Shown here piece by piece: positions 22,048 to 32,766 of a stretch of 64,000 nt of DNA. The notes beneath the pieces are model-generated. The model saw only the letters and a list, made by a program, of their open reading frames with translations. It did not search any database and was not told the origin of the DNA. Source of the DNA: Basidiobolus meristosporus CBS 931.73 (taxonomy: Eukaryota; Fungi; Basidiobolomycota); NCBI GenBank assembly GCA_002104905.1, contig MCFE01000107.1:105372-169371 (forward strand), given 5' to 3'. A program made the translations under genes and the position numbers. Every line of letters starts with the position of its first letter. The stretch's first letter is position 1.

Positions 22048-25000
22048 TGTTGTAAAAGTCTTGGTGATATTAGAAGTGATGAGGAAAGCAAGTAGATTAT
22101 GTGGTTTTCACCTGATGATTTATGAATGCAAAAGTAGTATTTATACTTTGACATAGTCCTGCCATAGCAAACACATACAATAGATCAGGAAGGTCCCAAG
22201 AGCATGTGTGCAAAGCTTGGGCCTGTTTGGGTAACTTTTAGAATTTTCATGCTCTGGATACCTGATACTCTGGTGAGAATATTTGAGGTAAATCCCAACA
22301 AGGAATTTGGTGAGTATTCTCTAGGATATGACAGTTATGATCTAAGTGACTGAGTTAGTTGAGTATTCAGGTGGAACTAAAAACTTCCAAAACACTCCCA
22401 CTGAGCCAAATGCTCATACTGACTTGTCCTAATTTTGACCTAACATATTCAAACTTGTCACTATTTAGTGGTTTGGTAAATACATTTGCAATCATTTCAT
22501 CTGTAGTAAAGTACGCTAAGTTCATCAAGTTATTCTCTATAGCTTTACATATGAAATGATGTCTAATATCTATGTGCTTGGCTTATGCATGAAAAGTTGG
22601 ATTTCTACCTAATTGTATACATCCTTTGTTATCTTGAAAAAAACAATGGGCATTTTTTGACATAAGTCTAAATCTTTAAAAAGCTTTCTTTGCCTCAATG
22701 CTTCTTTTGCAGTTTGACAGGTTATCATATACTCTGCCTCTGTGGTGGAAAGTACTACAGTTGGTTGCTTTCATAAGTTCCATGAAATTGCTCCTGTGCA
22801 GTAAAGAAAGGTGTATCCTGTGGTATATCTTTTCACTTCTAAACCTTGTCCCCAACCAGCATTGTGGTATCCTACAAGATCCAGTTCTTAATCCTTATAG
22901 GAGTAGCTTAAGCAGGTGTCAGCAGCTCTTTTTTGGTATCTAAAGATCAGCTTAACTGCTGCAATATGATCCAATCAATAGTTCTGATTATGCTGGCTGA
23001 CAACTCCCACTGCATATGAGGTATCTAGATGTGTTCTGAGCATGATATACATCTAACTGCCAACCATAGATGGATAAGAAAAGCCAGGGCTTTCAGACAG
23101 CACTAAGCTCTCTTGATTTGGTGAGTTTTGACCAAGTTAAGGATTGTCTCCATTGGGGTAGCTGCCAGTTTACAGTCTTCTACTTTGTACTTCTTGAGTA
23201 TATCTTGAATATACTTGGATTGGCTTAGGGTGATAGTCTGGGTACTTCTGTCTAACAAGAACTTTATCCATGAGTAGTACCTTGCTTCTCCTACATTGGA
23301 TTTTTTGAACTCTTTAGATAGGCTGAATTAAGTCTGTTCTGATGATCCTAGATTATTGGTGGCTATAATACACTCATCCACATATAGCGCTAATACAACT
23401 GGATCTGCTCTATTAGTCTTATAGTGGAATACTATAGTCAGTTGTACTCCTTTCAAAACTCAAAAATTCCAAATAAGAATCTAGCTTGCAGTTCCAGGCT
23501 CTTGGTGATTGTTGGAGTCAATTTGGAGACTTTTTAAGCTTGCAGACCAAATGGGGGCTATCTTGATCAGCAAGCCCATGAAGCTGGTCCATATACACAT
23601 TGTCATCAAGTTTTCCATTTAAAAATGCAGTATTTGAGTCTATCTGATGTATAAAAACTATTTTTGGCTGCAATAGCCAATATTAATCTGATGGAATTAA
23701 ACTTGGCTACTGGTGCAAGTATTCTGTTATAACTCCTATTTTTAAGATATACAGCAGTGGCAACTGATTCCGCCCAAAAATCATAGGATAATTTTTGATC
23801 ATGGATCATAGATCTTGCCATATCAATTATTGATCTGTTAGCTCGTTCTGCTACTCCATTTTGCTGTGGGGAGTATGGTACAGTAGTCTCTTGCTTTATC
23901 CCATGAATTTTGCAGAAGTGGATGAAGAGTTTTGAGGTATATTCTCCACCATTGTCAGAGCGTATTTTCTTGATTTTTTCACCAGTTTCTCTCTCCACCA
24001 TGGCTTTGAACTCCCTGAACTTAGACAGAGCTTCTTCCTTTCTCTCCATGAAGTAGACCCATGTGTATCTTGTATAATCATCAATAAAAGTGATTAAATA
24101 CTTCATCCCGCCTAAGGATAAATTTTGCATAGGTCCACACAGATCTGAGTGAATTAGATCTAATTTTTTCTTAGTTTTGATTAACCCAGAGCTCTTGAAC
24201 GGTTGTCTGGCTTGTTTCCCATATATGCAGGCTTCACAGTGCTCCAAATTAGCTGGGGGATCAATTTTCACTCCAGAAATTAGCTGATCTTTGATCATTT
24301 TGCGCAAATAATCAAAATTGATGTGTCCAAATCTCCTGTGCCAAAGCATTGGTGTTTCTTCATTTAAGTTACTTATATTGGCTTCCAAATATGATGGAAT
24401 ATAAGTCAACTTGTATGGATTCTGATCTCTGATGCCCAAAGCAATATGAGCACCATTTTGATCAGTGATCCTGCATCCAGAATTGTCAAAACTGAAACTG
24501 AGTCCTTCTGCTGTGGCCTTGCTTACAGAGAGTAGGTTCTTGGCTATTTCTGGTACATAGAGTACTTCTTTAAAGGTCAGTGTATGGCTTCCTTCACTGC
24601 TTCTAAGGTTTACTTGGATAGTTCCTTCTCCCACTGCATCAAGTGTTCTATCGTCACCCATGAAAACCTTCTTAATTGGAATTTCTTGATATTGGGTAAA
24701 AAGTTCTTTTTGGTGTGTAAAGTGTTGAGAAGCTCCAGAGTCAATATACCACGTCTGAGAATCCTTGTTTGTGGTCATATTTAGTGCAGATATGAATAGT
24801 CTATCTTCAGTTGTTGCAGCATTTCCATATTCAGGCTTCTTTTGCTGATAATCTCTCTTTTTGAAACACCGGTCTGATGTGTGTCCTTTCCTTTTGCAGT
24901 AGTTGCAAAATAGGTTGTTGTTGCCTTTGTAGGGTCTTGGGTACCTCCTTTGTTGGTTATCATTGCTTATTAAAGCATTTTCTTCTTCCTTCTTATTGGC

Positions 25001-25963
25001 GCTTGATTTTCTTAATTCTTCATCCAGGAGCCTTCCATATACGTAATTTAAGGTCAAATCTTCAGTTCTGGACTCTAGGGCTGATACAAGGCCCTGAAAC
25101 TCGTCTGTCAGGCTATTCAGGATGGTAACTATCACATCCTCATCAGTAGTTGGTACGCCCACAGATTCCATCTCATCTACCAGCAGGGTAATTCTGTTAA
25201 TTAGATTTTTCATTTCTTCTCCTGGCAGCATCTTTGTAGTAAAGAATTTTCTTCTCAGATACATTTTCTTGGCAGCTGAACATGACTGGTAGGTGTCTTC
25301 TAATGCCTTCCAGGCATTCTTTGCCATTTTTGCTCTTGAGCATTGAATTAGCAATTTGTCCTTGACATTAAGGCAAATGCAGTTAAAGGCACTTTGTTCT
25401 TTCTTCTGGTACTTTAAGGCTTCCTCTCCCACGTTTTTAGGAGGGCATTCTTCTCCCATGACAATATCCCAAAGGCCTCTTTCTTGCAGCAGCATCTTCA
25501 TCTTCACCTTCCACACTTGGTAGTTAGATCCATCCAACTTTTCAGCAGAGGGAAAAATTCCAGTAATAGCAGTAGTAGACATTGCAGAGAGTGACAGCTT
25601 GGGGCTCATAACCTGTTGTAAGAGTCTTGGAGATATTGGAAGTGATTTGGAGAACAAGTAGATTATGTAGTTTTCACTTGATGATTTATTGAATGTAAAA
25701 GTAGTATTTATACTTTTACATGGTCTTGGCATTACAAACACGTAGAATAGGTTAAGGAAGGTCCCAAGAACATGTGTGCAAAGTTTGGGGCTGTTTGGAC
25801 AACTTATCAAATTTTCATGTTCTGGGTACCTGGTATTTTGGTGAAAATATTCTAAGTAAATCCCGACAAGGAATTTGGTCAGTATTCTCTAGGATTTGAA
25901 GGTGATGATCTAAGTGACTAAGTTAGGTGAATATTTAGGTGGAAAATACGAATTTTTACAACA
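22048..25963 (-). mobile_element. Chimeric, internally deleted copia element (element 3)
   Basis: Young 5' LTR 25614-25963 plus PBS; intact gag-PR-IN core fused at ~23717 to a much more degenerate RT/RH; old 3' LTR 22048-22394 with PPT. Confidence 0.88.
23606..25609 (-). CDS. Copia Gag-protease-integrase-core polyprotein, fused in frame to an RT fragment and then truncated
   Basis: Uninterrupted ORF: zinc knuckle CNYCKRKGHTSDRC, protease WYIDSGASQH, HHCC (LWHRRFGH..CEAC), integrase DLCGP/SDNGGEY/QNGVAER, then RIL|APVAKFNSIRL. Start taken at the PBS ATG (25609); the ORF-track start at 25810 lies upstream of the LTR TATA box. Confidence 0.85.
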   Translation of the reverse strand: MSPKLSLSAMSTTAITGIFPSAEKLDGSNYQVWKVKMKMLLQERGLWDIVMGEECPPKNVGEEALKYQKKEQSAFNCICLNVKDKLLIQCSRAKMAKNAWKALEDTYQSCSAAKKMYLRRKFFTTKMLPGEEMKNLINRITLLVDEMESVGVPTTDEDVIVTILNSLTDEFQGLVSALESRTEDLTLNYVYGRLLDEELRKSSANKKEEENALISNDNQQRRYPRPYKGNNNLFCNYCKRKGHTSDRCFKKRDYQQKKPEYGNAATTEDRLFISALNMTTNKDSQTWYIDSGASQHFTHQKELFTQYQEIPIKKVFMGDDRTLDAVGEGTIQVNLRSSEGSHTLTFKEVLYVPEIAKNLLSVSKATAEGLSFSFDNSGCRITDQNGAHIALGIRDQNPYKLTYIPSYLEANISNLNEETPMLWHRRFGHINFDYLRKMIKDQLISGVKIDPPANLEHCEACIYGKQARQPFKSSGLIKTKKKLDLIHSDLCGPMQNLSLGGMKYLITFIDDYTRYTWVYFMERKEEALSKFREFKAMVERETGEKIKKIRSDNGGEYTSKLFIHFCKIHGIKQETTVPYSPQQNGVAERANRSIIDMARSMIHDQKLSYDFWAESVATAVYLKNRSYNRILAPVAKFNSIRLILAIAAKNSFYTSDRLKYCIFKWKT

Positions 25964-26880
25964 TTTTGAAGTATACAGCTGTGGCAACTGATTTGCCCAA
26001 AAATCATAGGGTAATTTTTGATCATGGATCATAGATCTAACCATATCAATTATTGATCTGTTTGCATATTCTGCCACTCTATTTTGCTGTGAGGTGTATG
26101 GTTCAGTAGACTTTTGCTTTATCTCAAGAATCTTGCAAAGGTGGATGGAGAGTTTTAAGGTATATTCTCTGTTGTGAGAGTCTTGGATATATTGGAAGTG
26201 TACTAAGTGTTGTAAGAGTCTTGGAGATATTGGAAGCAATTGGGAGAACAAGTAGATTATGTGGTCTTCATTTAATGATGTATTGAATGTAAAAGTAGTA
26301 TTTGTACTTTGACATGGTCTTGGCATAATATACATGTAGAATAGGCTTAGGAAGGTCCCAAGAACATGTGTGTAAAGTTTGGGGCTGTTTGGACAACTTA
26401 TATAATTCTCATGTTCTGGGTAAATATTCTAAGTAAATCCCAACAAGGAATTTGGTCAGTATTCTCTCGGATTTGAAGGTAATAATCTAAGTGACTAAGT
26501 TAGGTGAATATTTAGGTGGAATCACAAATTTTTTACAACAGCTTTCACTTCTTAACTTATTGAATGTAAAAGTAGCATTTATAATTTTACATGTTCTTGG
26601 TAAAATAAGCACATAGGGTATGGTAGCAAGGTCCCAGGAGTGTGTGTGCAAGATTTACAGCTGTATATAATTTTCATGTTCTGGGCACCTGATGTTTTGG
26701 TGAAATATTCCAAGTAAATCCCAACAAGAAATTTGCTCAGAATTCTCTAATATTTGTAGATAATGATCCAAGTGACTAAGCTTGGCAAACATTTAGGTGT
26801 GATTACGAAATTTACAACAAAAACCACCTAATCTACTTGTTCTTGCAGTCACTTCCAATATCTCCAAAACTCTTATAACA
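25964..26880 (-). repeat. Integrase remnant plus a stack of copia LTRs (short-subtype LTR 26208-26540 inside LTR 26170-26819, then an opposite-strand LTR end 26820-26880)
   Basis: Repeated TGTTG..AGAGTCTTGG starts at 26170 and 26208; ..TTACAACA ends at 26540 and 26819; AAAACCACCTAATCTACTTG..CTCTTATAACA at 26820-26880. Confidence 0.8.
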
Positions 26881-28277
26881 AGTCCTAACATATTGATTAT
26901 TTTTGGGAATTCACTAGCCCATAGAATTACTTCCACAATGTCAAAGAATTAGCGAATATCACATAATTAGCTCAGAGCTCACCATCTTCGATTTAATACA
27001 TAAACAAGCTATGGACCTAAATATACAGATGATTAGGTGTTCAACAAGCGAATTGCAACAGTTATTGGGTATTCCCCTAAAGTGGGCAATGAGGGGGGGG
27101 GGATTTTGTAGGCAAAGATCCACCAGAATCCACAAAAACCAAATTCTAATCATCCCAAGTCACCTCCTACTTCATTGGATAAGGTTTGGAAAGAATTAGA
27201 CGAAAGGATGATTTCCCAAATGGGTTGAATTTTTGGCCAACCGTTCGACAACAACCGGTGTTGTGGAATGTCATGGAAAGATGGACAACATTCCAAATTC
27301 ACCATTTAAAATAGATGAACCATCAGCCGCTGCACTGGAGCATTTTCAACCACACGCGGGCGTAGCTCTCATCTGGATTCATCTTGTCCCCCGCGCTTAG
27401 ACAGCTCACGCTAGGGAAAGTCGCACGTTATCCGCCTGCTGACAAATCAAATTGCCACCCCCAGACCCACTTAGCTTTTAAGGACGTGTGAGCAAGGTGG
27501 AGGCGGGAACCTCGAACTGTTGGGTTGATGACTAATTGGGGAGCATTTGAAATCTCCAAAATCACGCGACATTGCATTGCCATTTTTCCCAACGGAAGAT
27601 CCAAACACCGGCTGAGCACCAAACCAGCATGCCAGCTCTAAACACGGTTACCCATGGTTTCTACTCGATAGTGATAACGATACTGAGATCAACTCTCAAA
27701 AGAGAGCTCGCGTTGATGATCATCCCACCTTGTTAAGGAAAATCAGCATCGATGGCCAAATCTAGTGAATGAGCGGTGTATTCGGATGAGTGATCGACGC
27801 ATCCGTCATAATAGTCTCCGAGCCATGTGAATTTCGCGTGGCCAGAGCAGGAGCCAGCTGGTGCAGTCTTTCTAAACAGAAACCCTCTACGTAATCCAAG
27901 TTTCCATGGCGAATCATGCTTCATTCCAATCATCAACCCGCTGCCATTGCTCATCGTGTAACGCTGAGGTAACGTGACTGCCCCGATGGTGATCTCTCGA
28001 ATCCAGGAAGAGTGTTCAGGAAGTCTTAGAATGGAAGCCATGATGGCATCGATGAGATAATAGGGCTGCCATGTATCAAACAAGCTGTTTGTAGACTCCT
28101 GGATGATACTTGATCCGATTTTTTTCACTCGGAATATATTGGCAACAGGGTCTCCTTTCTTGATTATGTATCATTATACCTCTAGGCTCCACCTTTACTA
28201 TCCTCCTAATCTTCCCCTTTGTTATTAATCCCTCAACTAATTGTCTAATCTCTCCAGCTGTATCGCTACCCCTGAAC

Positions 28278-31099
28278 ATGTACTCTACTGCTAATGTACA
28301 GGTTCCCTCTCAACTCTCAGCCACTTCACTTAATGGAACCCCAGCACTTCTTTCTTCCGTAGATATATATGGTACACGGTCTTTGTGGAACCTCAGTGCA
28401 CTTTCGGCTCCCCAATCTAACTTTCTTCTCCTAGAGAAGTTCCCGTTTCTCAGTCAAACCAAGTACGAAAAGTATCGAGATTTCTATTACAAGAACATTG
28501 ATTCACACGGTCGGCTATCAAGTACGTAACCCGTTCGCCCCTACCCTTCCGCTCCTCTCAACTGACCAGAATTCCCAGTACAAACTGTCTATAGGCTATT
28601 TTCGTACTTGAACCTGCCTTCGAAGATCCTGGATCTTGTCTGGTCGGTATTCGCGCCAGTTCGAACCACGCACCTTGTTGACCCTCGAGCTAACCCAACT
28701 CCCACAGGTCCTTATGCGACGTCCACTCGAACGGGTTTTTGAGCCTGCCTGAATTCCTACTGTTCATCTATTTCTTGAACCTATACCTCTCCTGTTACGA
28801 GCTTCCGCATACCCTACCCTCCTCTTTGCGCAGAGAGCTTCATTTGGCAGATGAAAGGCTGTTGGTTGACCTTGACAAAGACCACCCCGGTATCGATAAA
28901 GCCTATCGCCTCCTCGGAAAGCCCCACACCGTCAGTCAGCTCACTGAGCAGATCTTGATCGCCGACAAGACCGGCTCCGAGCACAAAGAGAACTCAGCCG
29001 GTAAGCACGAGCGTTCGTTGAGCCGGTTCGTTTGCTAAACTCCATTTTCTATTCGACATGAAGTCTGGTTATCCCCCAACAAGGAGCCGCCTGACAACCT
29101 AGAGGAGAGGCCTAGTCAACCCATTTCAGCATCAAGCCCATCCGCCCACACACATACTCATAGTTATCTACCAGCATCCACCCATCCCCATATACATACA
29201 CACCCCAACCTTATGGAATTATCCCAGAAGATAGCCAAGCAGCGGGAGCTCCTACGCTCTTTGGAATCCCCCTCCAAGGAGCAACAGGAGCTGGAGGAGA
29301 TTGAGCAGCTGAAGGCGAAGATCAAGGTCATCCAGAACGAGATCACTTCCGTTGAAGAGTCGCAGCCGGAAATGGATTTCTCCAAGGTGATCCCATGGAT
29401 GATCTCCTCTTCCGAGCAGCGCTATCGACTGGAATCGGACTTCGATAGGATGTTCTCGGACGTGCAGTCGCTCACCACCGAAGCCAAGCGGCTCAACAGT
29501 GCCTTGGCTGCGGCCAAGATGACGCTTATTCATATGAACGAGGGCGACGCCGCGAAGGATCAACCGACGTTGAATTCCCGCGGTGGGGAAACGTTCTCCC
29601 AAGAGATGCAGAATTTGTCTCCGGTTGCCCATGGGGCCGAGAGGGCGCGGGTCGAGAAGGAGAAACGAAAGTCCGACCAGGAGATCGAGATGATCGAGCG
29701 CAAGGCGAACAGAATGAACTCCAGGCTGGGGAGGGCGGAGCAATTCATCCACCTCTACTCCGAGATCTTGATGAGGAGCGAAACGTCCGAGGACAGACTG
29801 GAGGATCTGGATGAGTTTATGAAGGAGCTGAAGAGCTCCACACTGCTCCCTTGCATCACCAGCAGAGCCAAGGCGAGGCCCACCTCCACGGCCCCATCGA
29901 GCGTGTGCGAGTGTGCAAACGCCATTTCCATCCCATCCCCGGTCTCCGTTGAGGAGCGTCAGATGAAAATGGTGCAGGAGGCTCAGAAGAGGCTGATAGA
30001 AAGAGAAAAGTACCTCACCGAGGATTTCGTTCGACTAAAGGACGAGAAGGAAGACGCACACAACCGCATTCGCCGACAGGAGATCGAATGGAAAAGCATC
30101 AGACACCAGGCACTGGCCCAAGCACAAACCACCATCGCCAACGCTCGGGCCGAGATGCAGGCGGCGCGCGAGGAGACGGCAGCCAAAGCCAATCGCAACA
30201 ACCGGGCGCGACTAGCGGAGGAAACCCAAGTCATCATGAAGCTCGCTCGGGAAAAGATCGAGGCGGCCGACCGTGAGAGCCACGCTATCGAGCGACTGGC
30301 CAAGCAGAAAATCGATGCGGCATGTCGCGAGAGAGAAGACCTGGAGAACAAGTTCCAGGAGAAGATACGTCAGGTGGAAAGAGCAATCGAGAAGACCCGG
30401 CTCGAGAAGAACGAAATCAAAAACATCTGCGAGGGCAATCACCCGATATGTAGCTCGCCCACTCCCCCTCCTGTACCCCCTCCACCTTTGCCGGTGTCCT
30501 CGTCCCCGAGTTTAGTTGGCATCAGCTCGTTATGGCTGAATCGCAAGCCACCCTCCCCCACCGATTTCCCTCGAACCTCCATCTCCAGCATCCAGAAGGC
30601 GACCGCATCCTGTAAATCCTACTCATATGTTGTTTCTCAGCCTCTCGTGCACACCGACGATGTTAGAGGGGAGTCGGACGATGAGGAGAATGTCTCCAGC
30701 CATGATCCGGATGTGACGCTGCCGTTCTCTGTCGTCGCCCTTTACCCTTACGAGACGTCTGGGGAACAGTACCTGGGCTTCGAGAAGGGGGCCGTGATCA
30801 TGGTTGACCCCACCGTCAAGGCGGATGACTGGTGGTTTGGGAAGCTGGAAACTGGCGAAGAAGGATGGTTCCCCAAGAACTACGTTTATACCGAGAAGGT
30901 CTCCAGCCAGGCACCCTTCTTGGCGAGGGTCTTGTACGATTACAAGGGGACGTGCAACGATCAGCTGTTTGTCAAAGCCGACTCGGTTGTAGATATTTTA
31001 GAGAAAACGGATGCTAACTGGTGGAAGGCCCAGTACCAAGGTAGCATTGGAATGATCCCAGCTAGATATGTTCAACAGCTAATGGCGCTTCCCCATTAA
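28278..31099 (+). CDS. Intersectin-like endocytic scaffold: EH domain, coiled coil, Pro-rich segment, two SH3 domains (multi-exon; start uncertain)
   Basis: Hand splicing (introns 28522-28569, 28643-28707, 29001-29063, all GT-AG with branch motifs) gives ..GRLSKFPVQTVYRLFSYLNLPSKILDLVWSLCDVHSNGFLSLPEFLLFIYFLNLYLSCYELPHTLPSSL (EH motif), in frame with ORF 29213-31099 (coiled coil; ALYPYE..WWFG..EGWFPKNYV; VLYDY..WWKA..GMIPARYV). Confidence 0.85.
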
Positions 31100-31590
31100 C
31101 CTCGAGCACTCACCTCTACGCTGCTATAGACCCGTAGTGTAAAAATCCCGTCACCATACCATAGATACAACCTCGCCCATACATAGGTTCCCAGGAAGTT
31201 TATTTTCATAAAGATCAATTTATCCCATCCAGCAGGAATCATGTGCGTTGAATGGCCCATTTATCACCAGCCGAGATTGAAATAAACGGCAGCTGAAGCC
31301 GGCCATTTGGGGAAAGATAAGCTGAAAACTTTTCCATGATTCCCAAACCGGAAAGCCACTGTTTCGTTCGACCATCTCAATTTAGGCCGATTTCCTACGG
31401 CTTGCACAATGCCCGCCCAGCTTGTGAAAGACTGAGGGTAGCCAGGTACTTGGAAAGGGATTTAGTAAGCAGGGCTGGATCCAACGTATCACAGACACTG
31501 ATTGGCCCAACCCAAATATTTCTACACTTCCCCCGAATTCCGAGGATTTACCCAGAGAGAGTAGTCTTCGCCTTCTCCGACCAAGAGAGC

Positions 31591-32502
31591 ATGTTACGTC
31601 TAGAGCCTTCAATACTAACATATATCGCCACCCCCATCATCACGTACTGCGGCTTGTCGTACTTCTTCTTCCGCAAGCCCGAGATTCTCCATGGGAAAAA
31701 GAAAGCCCCCAAGTTCAAGTACAGGGTGTTGTCACACCGTGGCGGAGCCGGGGACCGTGTGGAAAACACCCTTCCCGCCTTCAGGTACTCCACTGAGATA
31801 GACGCAGACATGTTGGAGCTTGACGTGCACATGACGAAAGACGGGGAAATGGTGGTATTCCACGATTTCACCGTGGACAGAAATACCGAGGCCACCGGCC
31901 CCATCAAGGACTTCAACTACAACGAGCTCCCCAAGCTGGTCCCCATCCCGGAACACCGGGACCAACCGTTCCTTGCCGACCCTGACAGCACACGCATCCC
32001 CAAGTTGGAGGAGGTGTTCGAGGCTTTCCCCGACGCCGCCATCCACCTGGAGGTGAAGCCGACCAACCCGGAGCTCGCCGAGAAGGTCTACGCCCTGATC
32101 AAGAAGTACAACCGTCAGGAGAAGACCCTGTGGGGCTGTGGGAAGGGGCTGGACATGCTTTACGACCTGGACCCCACCATCTCCAAGTTCTGCTCGGCCA
32201 AGACGGTCATGAAGATCATCCTGTCGTACTACACCGGTCTGCTTCCGTTCATCACCATCCGCGAGAACTTCTACAACATCCCCACCAGCGTCACCACCAA
32301 GTGGTTCACCCTCAACCTGCTGATGCCCAAGCTCTTTGAGCATCTTCACAGACGTGGCATGAATGTGCTCGTGTTCGCCCCAGTCGTCGGTGCGGTCAAC
32401 ACGGCCGAAGGCTTCAAGGCCTGCCTCGATGCAGGGGTGGACGGGATGTTCACAGACAAGCCGGTGTTTTTGCGTCAGTACCTGAAGGAGAACTCCTCTT
32501 AG
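31591..32502 (+). CDS. Glycerophosphodiester phosphodiesterase (GDPD; GDE4/GDE7-like), intronless, N-terminal membrane anchor
   Basis: SHRGGAG..ENTLPAF, LELDVHMTKDGEMVVFHD, HLEVK and GVDGMFTDKP motifs; hydrophobic N-terminus after Met 31591. Confidence 0.9.
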   Translation: MLRLEPSILTYIATPIITYCGLSYFFFRKPEILHGKKKAPKFKYRVLSHRGGAGDRVENTLPAFRYSTEIDADMLELDVHMTKDGEMVVFHDFTVDRNTEATGPIKDFNYNELPKLVPIPEHRDQPFLADPDSTRIPKLEEVFEAFPDAAIHLEVKPTNPELAEKVYALIKKYNRQEKTLWGCGKGLDMLYDLDPTISKFCSAKTVMKIILSYYTGLLPFITIRENFYNIPTSVTTKWFTLNLLMPKLFEHLHRRGMNVLVFAPVVGAVNTAEGFKACLDAGVDGMFTDKPVFLRQYLKENSS

Positions 32503-32766
32503 GCAAGACTGTAGAGCCAAGAATCGGCATAGATTCAGTTGAGATTTAATTAAAATACATCAGTTAAATTGGGGGGTCACTTGGTCACATTCATCCAGCA
32601 GGCTAACAATCCATTCTTGGGTGGCACGCATCAAAATCATCGGTGGGCGTGGGGATGGAGACCGGGATAGGGATTGGAATGGGCGCGAAGGGAGGGTATC
32701 CGTGGCTGGATTCGTGAGTGTGTGTGTATGTGTGGGTGTGGGTGTAAATGGTACAGAGAAAGTTAA

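Noticed and set aside
22043-25968. TTTTC / TTTTG as the TSD of element 3
   Set aside because: The left flank is old gag and the right flank is old integrase from different host positions, and the LTRs are highly divergent; the match is coincidental.
27400-28280. Minus-strand ORFs 27733-28128 and 28076-28279, with a DDWNEA.FAMETW stretch reminiscent of Tc1 transposases
   Set aside because: Multiple stops in that frame, no TIRs or further DDE motifs, and no recognisable domain in the open frames; likely promoter or intergenic DNA.
31336-31590. 85-aa N-terminal extension of the GDPD ORF
   Set aside because: No family similarity and different codon style; the membrane-anchor start at 31591 fits better.
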